Shown here piece after piece: positions 27,598 through 37,896 of a DNA stretch of 38,600 nt (position 1 is the stretch's first letter; the number at the start of each line of letters is the position of its first letter). The notes under the pieces were generated by a model that searched no databases, had not been told where the DNA came from, and saw only the letters and a program-made list of their open reading frames with translations. The position numbers were made by a program, and so were the translations under genes. The DNA lies in contig JBDRNJ010000052.1 in the NCBI GenBank assembly GCA_043811375.1, forward strand, positions 1 through 38,600. The letters are read 5' to 3'. Source of the DNA: a bacterium. GTDB lineage: Bacteria > Zixibacteria > MSB-5A5 > GN15 > FEB-12.

Positions 27598-29841
27598 CTA
27601 CTCGACGCAGCCCAACTGCGGCGCCGGTCCTGACTGAAACAGGTAGGAAACCAGGTAGGTCAGGTCTTCGACATCGATATAGCAGGATGCGTTGACATCC
27701 GCTGTGTTAAGCACCACCGGTGGCAAGCCGCCCTGGAAGAGGTAGGCGACCAGATGTGTCAGGTCGCCGACGTCCACTGACCAGCTCAGGTCCATGTCCG
27801 CCGGCAGCGCTATGGTCGGCTCGACACGTAGCGTGTATACCACTTCATCGAAGTAGCTGCTATAGAGATCGTCGACTCGCGCGGTAAACTGGAAGTCACC
27901 GCTGTCGGCAGGGGCGCCACTGATAAATCCGGCTGTGTCCAGACTGATGCCCGCCGGTAGAGTGCCGCCGGCCAGTGAAAAGCTGAACATACCGGTGCCG
28001 CCCCTGGCCTGGAGAGTGTCGCTGTAGGTCAGGAATTGCTGCGCCGAGCTCAGTTCATCGTCGGTCGTAATGATATAGAGTTTCCAGGGCTGCCTTGTCT
28101 CGTACTTCAACACCCAGTCGGAGGGATCCAGTTCGACATTGTTGATCGCACCCGGGAAGTTGAAATGAAGACGTTTCAGGCGCTCGTCAATCCACAACGT
28201 GAGAGTATCGTCCGGGCCGGAATCGAAATCAAAGAAGAAATCGACCGGCATAGTAAACACCTGGGGATCGGTAGTCTGCGTCTGTTCTACCCGAAGGAAG
28301 AGGTCGATCCCGCCGCTGTCGGCCGGTTCCGTCCAATACGACCAGTGATAGTTGGGTCGGTAGGTCCCGTATATCCACTCCTGGAAGAACCAGTCCAGGT
28401 CCATACCGCCGGCGTTTTCAGCCACGCCCTGAAAATCCTCGGTAGTCGCGGCTGCATGCTGATATGGTGAGTTGTAATAGCTGTCAACCACCGCCGTGAA
28501 CAATGACTCACCCACGACCCCGCGCAGCATGTGCACTACCCAGGCACCCTTGTCGTATACTATCGATGAGAAGATATTCCAGACATCGGTGGTGTCGTCT
28601 ATGTAGATGGTACCGCCGCCGGCATAGGCCATCCCGTTCATATAGTTTTGGTAACTCGTCCATCCCTGCAGATCCAGGTAATAGACAGCTTCGGCGTATG
28701 ATGCCCAACCCTCATTGAGCCAGATGTGTCCCCACTGCTCGCAGGTGATCATATCACCCCACCACTGGTGTGCCAGCTCATGGACGACTACCGGTGCCCA
28801 GAAACCGAAATCAGTGCCTGTCATGGAACTCATCGTCTGGTGTTCCATGGCGCCGCCCCACTCGAAGTTGGCATGGCCGTACTTCTCATCAGGAAACGGG
28901 TACTGCCCGAAGGCGTCGGAGAATATCGTTATCGCCTGCGGAGTGATACCCCACGTGCCCAGCGAGTAGGTGTAGCGGTCCGGGTAGACGGCATGGACGA
29001 TCGGCATGGTGTCCTGCCCGCCGTTGTAGACCCATTCATCGTACCAGACCGTATACACCGATATGGCCACCGAAAACAAGTAAGTGGCCATCGGGTAGTG
29101 CACCGTATAGTAGAACGTCTGCGAATTGGCGCCATGGTTGATGGTGGAATCAAGAGTGCCGTTGGAGCCGACATAGAACGCCGTGTCCACCTCGATGGCG
29201 ATATCAAAGGAATCGGCCTTATCATCCATGCGATCCTTGCAGGGCCACCAGGTGCGGGCGAAGTATGGTTCGGAAAGAGAGGATATAACCTTTTTACCGA
29301 GCCGGGTGTCAAACGAAAAGGCCTGCAGGCCCCCTTCAATCGGATGGCCGTGGTAATGGCAGGTGAGTTCAAACTGCTGCTCGGCATCATAGGTGCCGTC
29401 CAGAGTAACCGTTACGACATCGCCGGAGCGTGTATACCCCAGCGCACCCGACGGCGCCACGATGGAGTCGATGGTCATGTTCTGGTGAAAATCGATCTGT
29501 ACCTGGCCGACGCCCGCCTCAGTCGCCAGAACTACCATGGTCACCACTCCGTAGATAATCTCGGTGGTATCATTGACCCGTATGAAAATATCGTAAAACA
29601 GCACATCGTAGTTCGTCTGAGTGTTTTCAATACTCTCGCGTGCCGCCAGCGTTCGGGCAAATTCTCGATCCAACCGCCCGGCTACCTTGGACTCCCACAT
29701 CATCTGGTGAATTTGGGCCGGAGACAGGCCGTCCCAGCCGGTTTGATCATCGTCGGCCAATACTGAGATCGGCACAACCGAGGTAAGTACGAAACCCACC
29801 ACTACCGGAATTACTTTCAACCACGCCATTTTTATACTCAC
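27598..29841 (-). CDS. Secreted M1-family aminopeptidase with an Ig-like domain and a C-terminal dockerin-like domain (paralog 2)
   Basis: Signal peptide; WWPCKDRMDDKA, GGAMEH, HELAHQWWGD...WLNEG, YDKGAWVVHMLR; ADMDLSWSVDVGDLTHLVAYLF / ADVNASCYIDVEDLTYLVSYLF; GTG start follows ggagg. Confidence 0.9.
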   Translation of the reverse strand: MSIKMAWLKVIPVVVGFVLTSVVPISVLADDDQTGWDGLSPAQIHQMMWESKVAGRLDREFARTLAARESIENTQTNYDVLFYDIFIRVNDTTEIIYGVVTMVVLATEAGVGQVQIDFHQNMTIDSIVAPSGALGYTRSGDVVTVTLDGTYDAEQQFELTCHYHGHPIEGGLQAFSFDTRLGKKVISSLSEPYFARTWWPCKDRMDDKADSFDIAIEVDTAFYVGSNGTLDSTINHGANSQTFYYTVHYPMATYLFSVAISVYTVWYDEWVYNGGQDTMPIVHAVYPDRYTYSLGTWGITPQAITIFSDAFGQYPFPDEKYGHANFEWGGAMEHQTMSSMTGTDFGFWAPVVVHELAHQWWGDMITCEQWGHIWLNEGWASYAEAVYYLDLQGWTSYQNYMNGMAYAGGGTIYIDDTTDVWNIFSSIVYDKGAWVVHMLRGVVGESLFTAVVDSYYNSPYQHAAATTEDFQGVAENAGGMDLDWFFQEWIYGTYRPNYHWSYWTEPADSGGIDLFLRVEQTQTTDPQVFTMPVDFFFDFDSGPDDTLTLWIDERLKRLHFNFPGAINNVELDPSDWVLKYETRQPWKLYIITTDDELSSAQQFLTYSDTLQARGGTGMFSFSLAGGTLPAGISLDTAGFISGAPADSGDFQFTARVDDLYSSYFDEVVYTLRVEPTIALPADMDLSWSVDVGDLTHLVAYLFQGGLPPVVLNTADVNASCYIDVEDLTYLVSYLFQSGPAPQLGCVE

Positions 29842-30159
29842 TAATGCCTCCAGGATTTCAGGCTTTACAAACCGATTCCTGCCACTCTGTTGTAGCAGTC
29901 CGGGCCATACAGGGAAGAAATCACCATTAAGGTTCTAACCCAATGTAGGGCAATCTCCTCCGTTGTCAAGGCCTTTCCTGCCGGGGGAATGGTCTGACCA
30001 CCGGTCCGTCGATTCCACTGTTACTATAACGGATGAAGTGAGCGCAGAGTTTAGCCTCCGGCCGGTTTTCATTGGCTTCGGGGTGCCGACGATCAGCCGC
30101 TTCGGATTCCGTATCCCGGCGCCGAGCCCGTGTTGGGCATCGGCGCCGAGACCACCAGG

Positions 30160-32511
30160 TTAACGTTTCTTGTAAGGATTGCCGCAGGGAATAGGACCAT
30201 TCTGAAACAGGTAGGCTACGAAATAGGTCAAATCGCCCACATTGATGATGTGATTACAGTCCAGATCACCAACGATCCGTTCCGGCTCCGGCTCTGGACC
30301 GCTGCGAAACAACCAGTCAATATTCATAATGAGGTCGCCAACATTGATATCGCCGCTGTAATTCCAGTCACCATGGAACCGCCAGACTCTCAGCAACAGG
30401 TCCACCTGCTGCGGGCTGTTCGTGGCCGTGGGGGCGACTACCAGGAAAGAGTCGGTATATTCACCGATCAGGTATCCGGGAGCATCGACACGAAGATTTG
30501 ACTCACCGTGCACGTCGCCACTGTCCGGGTCAGGGTCGAGCCAGGGGACGTCCTCTTCGATCTCCCACGGCATACAACCGCCAAAACGGTTGAGCACCTC
30601 AAAGACGGACGGCGGGATGGGCCCACCGTTTTCCTGAATCGGTATGACGTAGCTGTTCTTGCTCAGATAGATCTCCGGCTGGTTCAAACCGGCCACCATG
30701 TTGAATTGCACGACTACCGTTTGAGGTGAGTTGACTGCTTTCTCAGCGGTAATATAAATGGTGTCGTAGTAAGTACCCAGCGGAAGCTGCAGGTCCATGG
30801 CCGTTACGTTGATTCCAAAAGGAGCCACACCGGAATCATGGCTGACGGTGAAATAAATCGACTCATATATTAACTGGAACGGCAAGGGGTTATCGCCGCC
30901 GATGTTGTTGACGAAGAATGTCCTGCCGGGCATACCCACCCCGGCTCCCATGTCACACTCAAAAACATTGAACTGGATTGTATCGTAAGACACGTACAAT
31001 TCGGCCGGATCGTCGACATAGTGGAACAAGAAAACAACCGGGATCGGTGAGTTAATGGCTTCGTTGGAATACACCCACAGGGTGTCGTAATAGTCGACAC
31101 CGCTGGTGCCGCCGGTTACCTTAAAACCGACTTCCACACTCTGGGGCGCGGTTCCTGAATCGGGGTCGAGAGTGAACAGCCGGGTACTGTTCTCCTCAAG
31201 CCAGAAATTCATGGCGCCACCACCATCATTGCTTATCATGACGTGCCGCGGCGGCACCTCGGATACGCCGCTTGGCACCACCACGTAAATGAAATTCGAA
31301 TCAACGGCAATAACCGGCAGATCGGATGCGACATTGAGCGTCACCGGCACCTTCACCGGATCATTGGAGGCTACGGGGTCACTGACAATAATGGTGTCGA
31401 GATACTGCCCGAACGGCAAACCCGTTATACTCACCGAGACGGTCACGTCGGCGGAGTCAACACCGCTGCCCGGAGCCAGCCCCAGCCAGCTTTCGCTGTG
31501 AGACAGACTCCAGTTGAGAGTGGATGCGCCCTCGTTGGTAACGGTCAGTGTTTGCGCGGACGGATCACTTTCGCCGGCAATGGCATTGAAGTAAAAGGCT
31601 GTCGGGGCGACACCAATCACGGGCGGCGGTTCCTCCAGGTACATCACTAATTTCACATACTGAGGAGAGTTGGCAGCTGAGGCGGATTCCACTTTCAGCG
31701 AGTCAATATACGTGCCGGCCGGCATCCCCACCGTATTGGTCAGTACCGTGATCGTTTGCGCGGTCGTAGCCTGAATCGGGCTGGGAATTGCCCAGGAGAT
31801 ACTCTCGACGATGTTGAAGTTCAGGGGGTCGCCATCGGAACTGACTAAGAACGGCTGCGATGGCGGGCTGGAGCCTCCGGCCATACCGGTGAAATAAAGG
31901 GAATCGGGTGTGAGAACCAGGTTGGATGGGGGGGTGTAGTCACAATCATACTCTTTGTCCTTGCCAGTCCAATAGGGTAAGTAATTTTTGTTGCCATAGC
32001 CAATTAACTTGTAGGTGCTGCCATCGTTGAACTTCATGGTATCTATGACTATAGAATCGCTGATAGTCCACCCCGACAGAGTGAAATAGTAGCTGGCCCA
32101 CAACTGACGTGTCGTAGCCGTCTGGACTCCCGGATAGGTTATATTTGCACCGCCTATCATAAAATGCTGGTTGGCGTTAGTGATATTGATGTCGTCGTTT
32201 TCATAGAAAAAGGGGCCGATATCCCACGCGGCCAACAACATAGGGGAGCCCACGGCGCTGTCCATCTGCAGATTGGGATTATCCCAAACGAATCCGGCCG
32301 CTCCTCCAATCAAGATGTTGGAATCATTGAAGACATACAGGTCAACCTGGATCTCGAGTTGACCTGTGGACAAACAGGGTGTCACCGAAAACACTAGGTC
32401 TACCGTGTCGGCGGCGCCCAAATCTAATGTGTCCTGACTGAACTGAGCCTGCACCGGCACCGCACTCATCGCCAGTAAACATACCAGGGACCACAAGAAT
32501 TTCGTTTTCAT
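30160..32511 (-). CDS. Secreted non-catalytic protein: N-terminal beta-rich (possibly cohesin-like) domain, five BACON-like Ig repeats, C-terminal dockerin-like domain
   Basis: Signal peptide MKTKFLWSLVCLLAMSAVPVQA; five roughly 100-aa repeats each ending A.N(S/D)P..V; GDWNYSGDINVGDL / GDLDCNHIINVGDLTYFVAYLF; ATG 32511 follows ggagg. Confidence 0.8.
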   Translation of the reverse strand: MKTKFLWSLVCLLAMSAVPVQAQFSQDTLDLGAADTVDLVFSVTPCLSTGQLEIQVDLYVFNDSNILIGGAAGFVWDNPNLQMDSAVGSPMLLAAWDIGPFFYENDDINITNANQHFMIGGANITYPGVQTATTRQLWASYYFTLSGWTISDSIVIDTMKFNDGSTYKLIGYGNKNYLPYWTGKDKEYDCDYTPPSNLVLTPDSLYFTGMAGGSSPPSQPFLVSSDGDPLNFNIVESISWAIPSPIQATTAQTITVLTNTVGMPAGTYIDSLKVESASAANSPQYVKLVMYLEEPPPVIGVAPTAFYFNAIAGESDPSAQTLTVTNEGASTLNWSLSHSESWLGLAPGSGVDSADVTVSVSITGLPFGQYLDTIIVSDPVASNDPVKVPVTLNVASDLPVIAVDSNFIYVVVPSGVSEVPPRHVMISNDGGGAMNFWLEENSTRLFTLDPDSGTAPQSVEVGFKVTGGTSGVDYYDTLWVYSNEAINSPIPVVFLFHYVDDPAELYVSYDTIQFNVFECDMGAGVGMPGRTFFVNNIGGDNPLPFQLIYESIYFTVSHDSGVAPFGINVTAMDLQLPLGTYYDTIYITAEKAVNSPQTVVVQFNMVAGLNQPEIYLSKNSYVIPIQENGGPIPPSVFEVLNRFGGCMPWEIEEDVPWLDPDPDSGDVHGESNLRVDAPGYLIGEYTDSFLVVAPTATNSPQQVDLLLRVWRFHGDWNYSGDINVGDLIMNIDWLFRSGPEPEPERIVGDLDCNHIINVGDLTYFVAYLFQNGPIPCGNPYKKR

Positions 32512-32921
32512 TTGTTGAGCCTCCATGCTAATCCTATGTTTTCACTTACTCTTTCAATTTCACCATCTGTCATCGAAGCCAATATCAGACATAAATATAA
32601 CACTGGCAAAAACCCACTCTTAGAAAACCGGCCGAATCGAGATTGTGAAATGTACATCAAACCTGTTTGTAACGTTTACGAAGTTAGCAGCCTGACCGTA
32701 CAGGTGTCTGGTACCTTTGACACCAACAATATAACTTGGTTACAGCGAATAAGTCAAGGGAAAAGGCGATGCGGAAGATGCCCGGATGGGGTTACCTGAG
32801 AGTCACACCCACCGCCCGATCCGGCAACGACTCACAGAAAGTGATTGGTGTTCCGCCTTTTTTCTTTAGGTGGCGGCAATCCGGTATTATATTGCCGGTT
32901 GACATTTTTTTTGGAAGACTT

Positions 32922-35786
32922 ATGACAGACAGCCGACGCAACGCCAGAAACAAGGAATTCCTGCACGTCAAGGGTGCCCGGGAACATAACCTGAAGAATA
33001 TCGATGTCAGGATTCCGCGCGACACTCTGACGGTAATCACCGGGCTGTCCGGCTCCGGCAAGAGTTCACTGGCCTTCGACACCATTTACGCCGAGGGCCA
33101 GCGCCGCTATGTCGAATCGCTGTCGGCCTATGCCCGTCAGTTCCTGGGCTTGATGGAAAAGCCTGACGTCGATTTCATCGAGGGGCTGTCACCGGCAATT
33201 TCCATCGAACAGAAAGGCACTCCCAGGAATCCGCGCTCAACCGTAGGCACCGTCACCGAAATCTATGACTACCTGCGGTTGCTTTTCGCCCGTGTCGGGG
33301 TACCGCACTGTGTCAAGTGTGGTCAGCCTATCACCCAGCAAACGGTGGAACAGATTGTCGATTCGGTGCTTAGTTTCGAGGAGGACACGCGCCTGATAGT
33401 ACTGGCGCCGCTGGTGCGCGGCAAGAAGGGGGAGCACCGGGAGATTATTGAGGAAGCCCGGCGTCAGGGTTTTGTCCGGCTGCGCGTCAACGGTGACATT
33501 GTCGAGTCCGATTCCGAAATAGAGTTGGAAAAGAAGAAAAAGCACACTATCGAAGCCGTTGTCGACCGCCTGATAGTCAAGAGCAAGTCGAAGCGCCGGC
33601 TGGCCGATTCCGTCGAGACGGCCTTGAAAGTGGGGCAGGGCACGGTGCTGGTAAATATCAAGAAAAAGGACCTGCTGTTTTCCGAACAGTTTGCCTGTCT
33701 CAATTGCAATATCAGTTACGAAGAGCCTACCCCCCGGTTGTTTTCGTTTAATTCTCCCAACGGCGCCTGCCCCATCTGTGACGGACTGGGACAGAAAATG
33801 GAAATCAGCCCCGAGTTGGTGGTTCCCGATCCTTCCCTGTCGATCAGCGAAGGCGCCATTCACCCCTGGGGGGGGCCGGATATGCCCAACTGGTATCGCT
33901 ATATGCTGCGGGGGCTGGCCGGGCACTACAATTTCAAATTCTCCACCGCTTTCAACAAGTTGACGCAGAAAGTACAGCAGGTGATCCTGTGGGGCTCGCA
34001 AAAAGAGGAAATCGCTTTTGAATATGAGCATACTTCCGGCAAAGGCAAGGGCAAGGGGGTCTACCAGTCGACCTTCGAGGGTGTCATTCCTCATCTTCGG
34101 CGGCGCTACCGTCAGACGCAATCGACCGGCGTACGTACCTGGATTGAGAACTATATGTCGATATCCGACTGCCCCAGTTGTAGGGGTGCCCGTTTGCGGG
34201 CGGAAGCGTTGTCGGTCATTCTCGACCGCGAGACGATTGACAGCGTTGCCGACATGTCGATCAAGCAGGCCGCCCGCTATCTGCGCACCATCAAGCTGAC
34301 ACCCCGGCAGCAACTCATCGCCCGGCAGATACTCAAGGAGATTCGTGAGCGGCTGGGATTTCTCTGCGATGTCGGGCTGGACTATCTTACGCTCAGCCGG
34401 GCGGCCTCGACTCTCTCCGGCGGCGAAGCCCAGCGGATTCGCCTGGCGACCCAGATTGGCTCCCGCCTGATGGGGGTGCTGTATATCCTGGACGAGCCGT
34501 CGGTAGGACTGCATGCCCGCGACAACCGCAAACTTCTCAACACGTTGACGGAATTGCGCGATATCGGCAACACCGTGCTGGTTGTCGAGCATGATCGCGA
34601 GACCATCGAAGAGGCCGACTATGTAATCGATCTCGGTCCCGGCGCCGGTGTTAACGGCGGCCACGTCGTGGTGGCCGGCAAGCCGCGCGCGATCAGGGGC
34701 TGTAAAAAATCTATCACCGGGCAATACCTGACCGGCGCCAGGAAAATCGAGATGCCGACCATGCGGCGCAATCCGTCCGGACAGGTGCTGTGCCTGGGGG
34801 GCGCCACCGGCAACAATCTCAAGAGTGTTGAGGTCGAGATTCCGCTGGGCATGTTCGTGGTCGTCACCGGTGTCTCCGGGTCAGGGAAATCGACCCTTAT
34901 CAATGAAACCCTCTACCGTATCCTGGCCCGGCATTTCTATTCCAGCCGCCGCATGTCGCTGCCGTATAAAAGTATCGATGGTCTGAAAAATATCGACAAG
35001 GTGGTTGATATAGACCAGTCACCTATCGGTCGCACGCCCCGTTCCAACCCGGCCACTTACACCGGGCTGTTTACGCACATCCGCGATCTTTACGCCGGAC
35101 TGCCGGAATCACGGGCGCGCGGATACCTGCCGGGTCGGTTTTCTTTCAACGTCAAGGGCGGTCGTTGCGAGGCTTGCCAGGGGGACGGCATTATCAAGAT
35201 CGAGATGCATTTCCTGCCGGACATCTATGTCCCCTGTGAGGTTTGCAAAGGCAGCCGTTACAACCGGGAGACACTGGAGATCACTTTCAAGGGGATGACT
35301 ATCGCCGAGGTGCTGGACATGACCGTTCAGGAGGCGCTGACGTTTTTTGAGAATATCCCCCGTATCAAGAAAAAGCTGATGACGCTTTACAAAGTCGGGC
35401 TGGGTTACATCCGTTTGGGCCAGCAGGCCACCACCCTCTCCGGCGGCGAAGCCCAGCGGGTGAAGCTGTCGACCGAGCTGTCCAAGCTGGCTACCGGTCA
35501 AACGTTGTACATCCTCGATGAACCAACCACCGGGCTGCATTTTGAAGACATCCGCATGCTGCTGAAGGTACTGCAGGAACTGGTCGACCGCGGCAACACG
35601 GTACTGGTGATAGAGCACAACCTGGAAGTCATCAAGACCGCTGACTGGATAATCGATCTCGGCCCCGAGGGTGGTGACGACGGCGGTCGTATCATCGCCA
35701 CCGGCACCCCCGAAGATATTGCGGAGAATAAGAAGTCGTATACGGGGGCCTACCTGAAGCAGGTACTAAAACGGAAGGGGAGGTAG
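32922..35786 (+). CDS. uvrA: Excinuclease ABC subunit A
   Basis: [33 protein letters not shown], two [16 protein letters not shown], zinc fingers. ATG 32922 (ORF track start 32736 is less likely). Confidence 0.97.
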   Translation: MTDSRRNARNKEFLHVKGAREHNLKNIDVRIPRDTLTVITGLSGSGKSSLAFDTIYAEGQRRYVESLSAYARQFLGLMEKPDVDFIEGLSPAISIEQKGTPRNPRSTVGTVTEIYDYLRLLFARVGVPHCVKCGQPITQQTVEQIVDSVLSFEEDTRLIVLAPLVRGKKGEHREIIEEARRQGFVRLRVNGDIVESDSEIELEKKKKHTIEAVVDRLIVKSKSKRRLADSVETALKVGQGTVLVNIKKKDLLFSEQFACLNCNISYEEPTPRLFSFNSPNGACPICDGLGQKMEISPELVVPDPSLSISEGAIHPWGGPDMPNWYRYMLRGLAGHYNFKFSTAFNKLTQKVQQVILWGSQKEEIAFEYEHTSGKGKGKGVYQSTFEGVIPHLRRRYRQTQSTGVRTWIENYMSISDCPSCRGARLRAEALSVILDRETIDSVADMSIKQAARYLRTIKLTPRQQLIARQILKEIRERLGFLCDVGLDYLTLSRAASTLSGGEAQRIRLATQIGSRLMGVLYILDEPSVGLHARDNRKLLNTLTELRDIGNTVLVVEHDRETIEEADYVIDLGPGAGVNGGHVVVAGKPRAIRGCKKSITGQYLTGARKIEMPTMRRNPSGQVLCLGGATGNNLKSVEVEIPLGMFVVVTGVSGSGKSTLINETLYRILARHFYSSRRMSLPYKSIDGLKNIDKVVDIDQSPIGRTPRSNPATYTGLFTHIRDLYAGLPESRARGYLPGRFSFNVKGGRCEACQGDGIIKIEMHFLPDIYVPCEVCKGSRYNRETLEITFKGMTIAEVLDMTVQEALTFFENIPRIKKKLMTLYKVGLGYIRLGQQATTLSGGEAQRVKLSTELSKLATGQTLYILDEPTTGLHFEDIRMLLKVLQELVDRGNTVLVIEHNLEVIKTADWIIDLGPEGGDDGGRIIATGTPEDIAENKKSYTGAYLKQVLKRKGR

Positions 35787-35820
35787 GGGGGACATATCTC
35801 GATTGTTATCGAACATACAA

Positions 35821-35860
35821 TTTCGTGAGCGGAAGATGTCCACATCTGCCGCCCACGAAA
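35821..35860. repeat. 40-bp palindrome (REP-like, possibly the uvrA terminator), related to 17861-17889
   Basis: tttcgtgagcggaagatg-tcca-catctgccgcccacgaaa; its reverse complement matches gcggcagacgaggacgtccgccacgcacg at 22/29 positions. Confidence 0.5.
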
Positions 35861-35958
35861 ATCCAAAACAGTTGACACGAAACTGCTGCTGAAAGTATCT
35901 TTCGTTCGTAGTTGCATAAAGAATTCCTCGGTCGCAAGGAAAGCGTTGGGAGGCGTTT

Positions 35959-37896
35959 ATGAATAAGACAGTAACAAGCCTGGCAATACTCAAGGTTAAC
36001 TGGGATCACGAAAGAAAGGACTATATCGAGAGCTTTGTCCCTTTCTTGGTCGCACTAATTAAAAAGAAAAAGTATCGGTCCGTCAATGATATAGGGCAGA
36101 TTCGCAGAGATTTTGCAGAGGAATGGGGACTAGAGATACCCCATCACCCAATGATGACTATCCTCACCCGGCTCAAAAAGCACGGATACATCAGGAAAGT
36201 TGAGCATCAGTTTCTACCCGTTGAGAGAAAGATGGCGGAATGCAACTTGGCACCCAAAGCCAAAGAGCAACTTGCTAATGTTAATAAAGTTATAGACTCG
36301 TTCCAGAGGTTCTGCAAGACAAGATTTGACGTGGACTTGTCAACCGATGAAGCTGAGCAAGCCCTTATCCTGTTTCTCAAAATGCACGACCTTGATATCC
36401 TATTTGCAGCTCATGACCTTAGTACGACATTACCACGGGTTAAACCGAATAAGCGCCATAGATTTCTTTTCAATAACTTCGTAACCGATGTCTATAAATC
36501 GCAACCAGAGATGTTTGGTATTATAGTAGATGTCGCAACTGGTCACATGTTAGCAAGCGTTCTTCTGGTTAGTGATCTGCCTAAATACGAGACGAAGCTA
36601 CGGCGATTAGAAGTGTTCCTTGACACTAACTTAATATTCCGGCTTCTGGGGGTTGACGGACACGAAAGAGGATTTGTTTACCGAGAGTTTCTCAAAGTAT
36701 TGAGAGACGATGGTGCCACGCTTCGGATCTTTCGCCATACATATGATGAAGTCAAGATGATATTGGAAAACTGTCTAAACAGGATCGGTAGGTCCGATTA
36801 TGATCCTGTCAAAGCCAACCCAGCACTAAAGCACTTTGTCGATTGCGACTACACAGAAAGTGACGTTGAAAGGTTTATCGTAAATGTTGACTATATCTTG
36901 AAGGACAACAAAATAGAAAACATCGAAATCGATTTTTCAAAAGAAGTCCATCCCTATCAGATTGATGAAGCAAAGCTTAGTGAGATGATCGTTGATATCT
37001 ATACAAGAAACGACCCGGCTTTTGATCAGTTAGTGAAAGAGAAAACTATAAGGAAGGATGTCGATTCCATCGCTGCTATATATAGAATGAGGCGAGGCCG
37101 GACTGCAGACACTCTAACGCAAGCCCGATGTGTTTTTGTTACCACCAACGCTGCCTTAGCTTACGCGAGTAGACGTTACGATTTGGAGGAAGACCGACCT
37201 GAGTTTAGAATTCCCACTTGCCTGACCGATACATTTGTCGGAACGATGATCTGGTTACAGCATCCGTTGAGAATAGCTAAGATCAACGAAAAGAAGATGA
37301 TTGCTGACTGCTATGCAGCGCTGCAGCCAACCCCAGCAATGTTAGAGATGTACCTTAAAGAGGTAGAGCGGCTGAAGAACGATGGCAGAGTAAATACAGA
37401 TGAGTACTATCTTCTGAGACAGTCCAGGGTGACCCGACAGCTACTGGAAGAAAAGGCTCTGGGGGATCCTGATCAGATCACGGGAAAGACGATCCAAGAA
37501 TACCTTGATGATATAAGGAAGCAAACGATAGGACCTGTTCAGGAGAAGTATCTTATTGAAAAAGAACGTTATGAGAAAACGCACAACGAATTACAGGACA
37601 CACAGACAAAGCTGAACACTTATGAGTCGAATATTAAGCGATTTGCCGAAAAAGCAGCTTCAGCACTAAGGGGGCTCTTCTTCGTTGGTGCTGCTTTTGC
37701 GTTGACACTCGCTGTAATTCTTCAGGTGTGGCCGGGGTTACTAAGCAGCAGCTTGGTCGTGAATAAGTTCCTAACTGCTGTTTTCTTATTGTTGAGCCTC
37801 GCAAATGTACTATTTGGTATTAATGTCAAGGGGATTACTGTAAAGATGCAAAGCTGGCTCATGGGAAAGATTGAGTCCTACTTTCAGTCCATATAG
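35959..37896 (+). CDS. Hypothetical 645-aa protein: wHTH-like N-terminus, PIN-like domain, coiled coil, two C-terminal TM helices; low GC
   Basis: Long ORF with ggagg SD; LEVFLDTNLIFRLLG PIN-like strand; TM segments LFFVGAAFALTLAVILQVW and FLTAVFLLLSLANVLFGI; spot GC 33-50% versus a visibly GC-richer uvrA. Confidence 0.8.
   Translation: MNKTVTSLAILKVNWDHERKDYIESFVPFLVALIKKKKYRSVNDIGQIRRDFAEEWGLEIPHHPMMTILTRLKKHGYIRKVEHQFLPVERKMAECNLAPKAKEQLANVNKVIDSFQRFCKTRFDVDLSTDEAEQALILFLKMHDLDILFAAHDLSTTLPRVKPNKRHRFLFNNFVTDVYKSQPEMFGIIVDVATGHMLASVLLVSDLPKYETKLRRLEVFLDTNLIFRLLGVDGHERGFVYREFLKVLRDDGATLRIFRHTYDEVKMILENCLNRIGRSDYDPVKANPALKHFVDCDYTESDVERFIVNVDYILKDNKIENIEIDFSKEVHPYQIDEAKLSEMIVDIYTRNDPAFDQLVKEKTIRKDVDSIAAIYRMRRGRTADTLTQARCVFVTTNAALAYASRRYDLEEDRPEFRIPTCLTDTFVGTMIWLQHPLRIAKINEKKMIADCYAALQPTPAMLEMYLKEVERLKNDGRVNTDEYYLLRQSRVTRQLLEEKALGDPDQITGKTIQEYLDDIRKQTIGPVQEKYLIEKERYEKTHNELQDTQTKLNTYESNIKRFAEKAASALRGLFFVGAAFALTLAVILQVWPGLLSSSLVVNKFLTAVFLLLSLANVLFGINVKGITVKMQSWLMGKIESYFQSI

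Noticed and set aside
28726..29766. 346-aa plus-strand ORF (likewise 26146-26736 and 13035-13757)
   Set aside because: Antisense shadows of well-supported genes.
30116..30148. GC-rich hairpin cggcgccgagccc...gggcatcggcgccg after the BACON gene
   Set aside because: Probably a terminator or stabilising stem, but it lacks a U tract and there is no evidence for an ncRNA.
32527..32921. SOS/LexA box or sigma70 promoter upstream of uvrA (ttgaca at 32899)
   Set aside because: No recognisable LexA palindrome, and the matching -10 position would overlap the predicted start codon; not supportable.
33237..34724. 495-aa antisense ORF
   Set aside because: Entirely opposite uvrA; a typical shadow ORF of GC-rich codon usage with no recognisable motifs.
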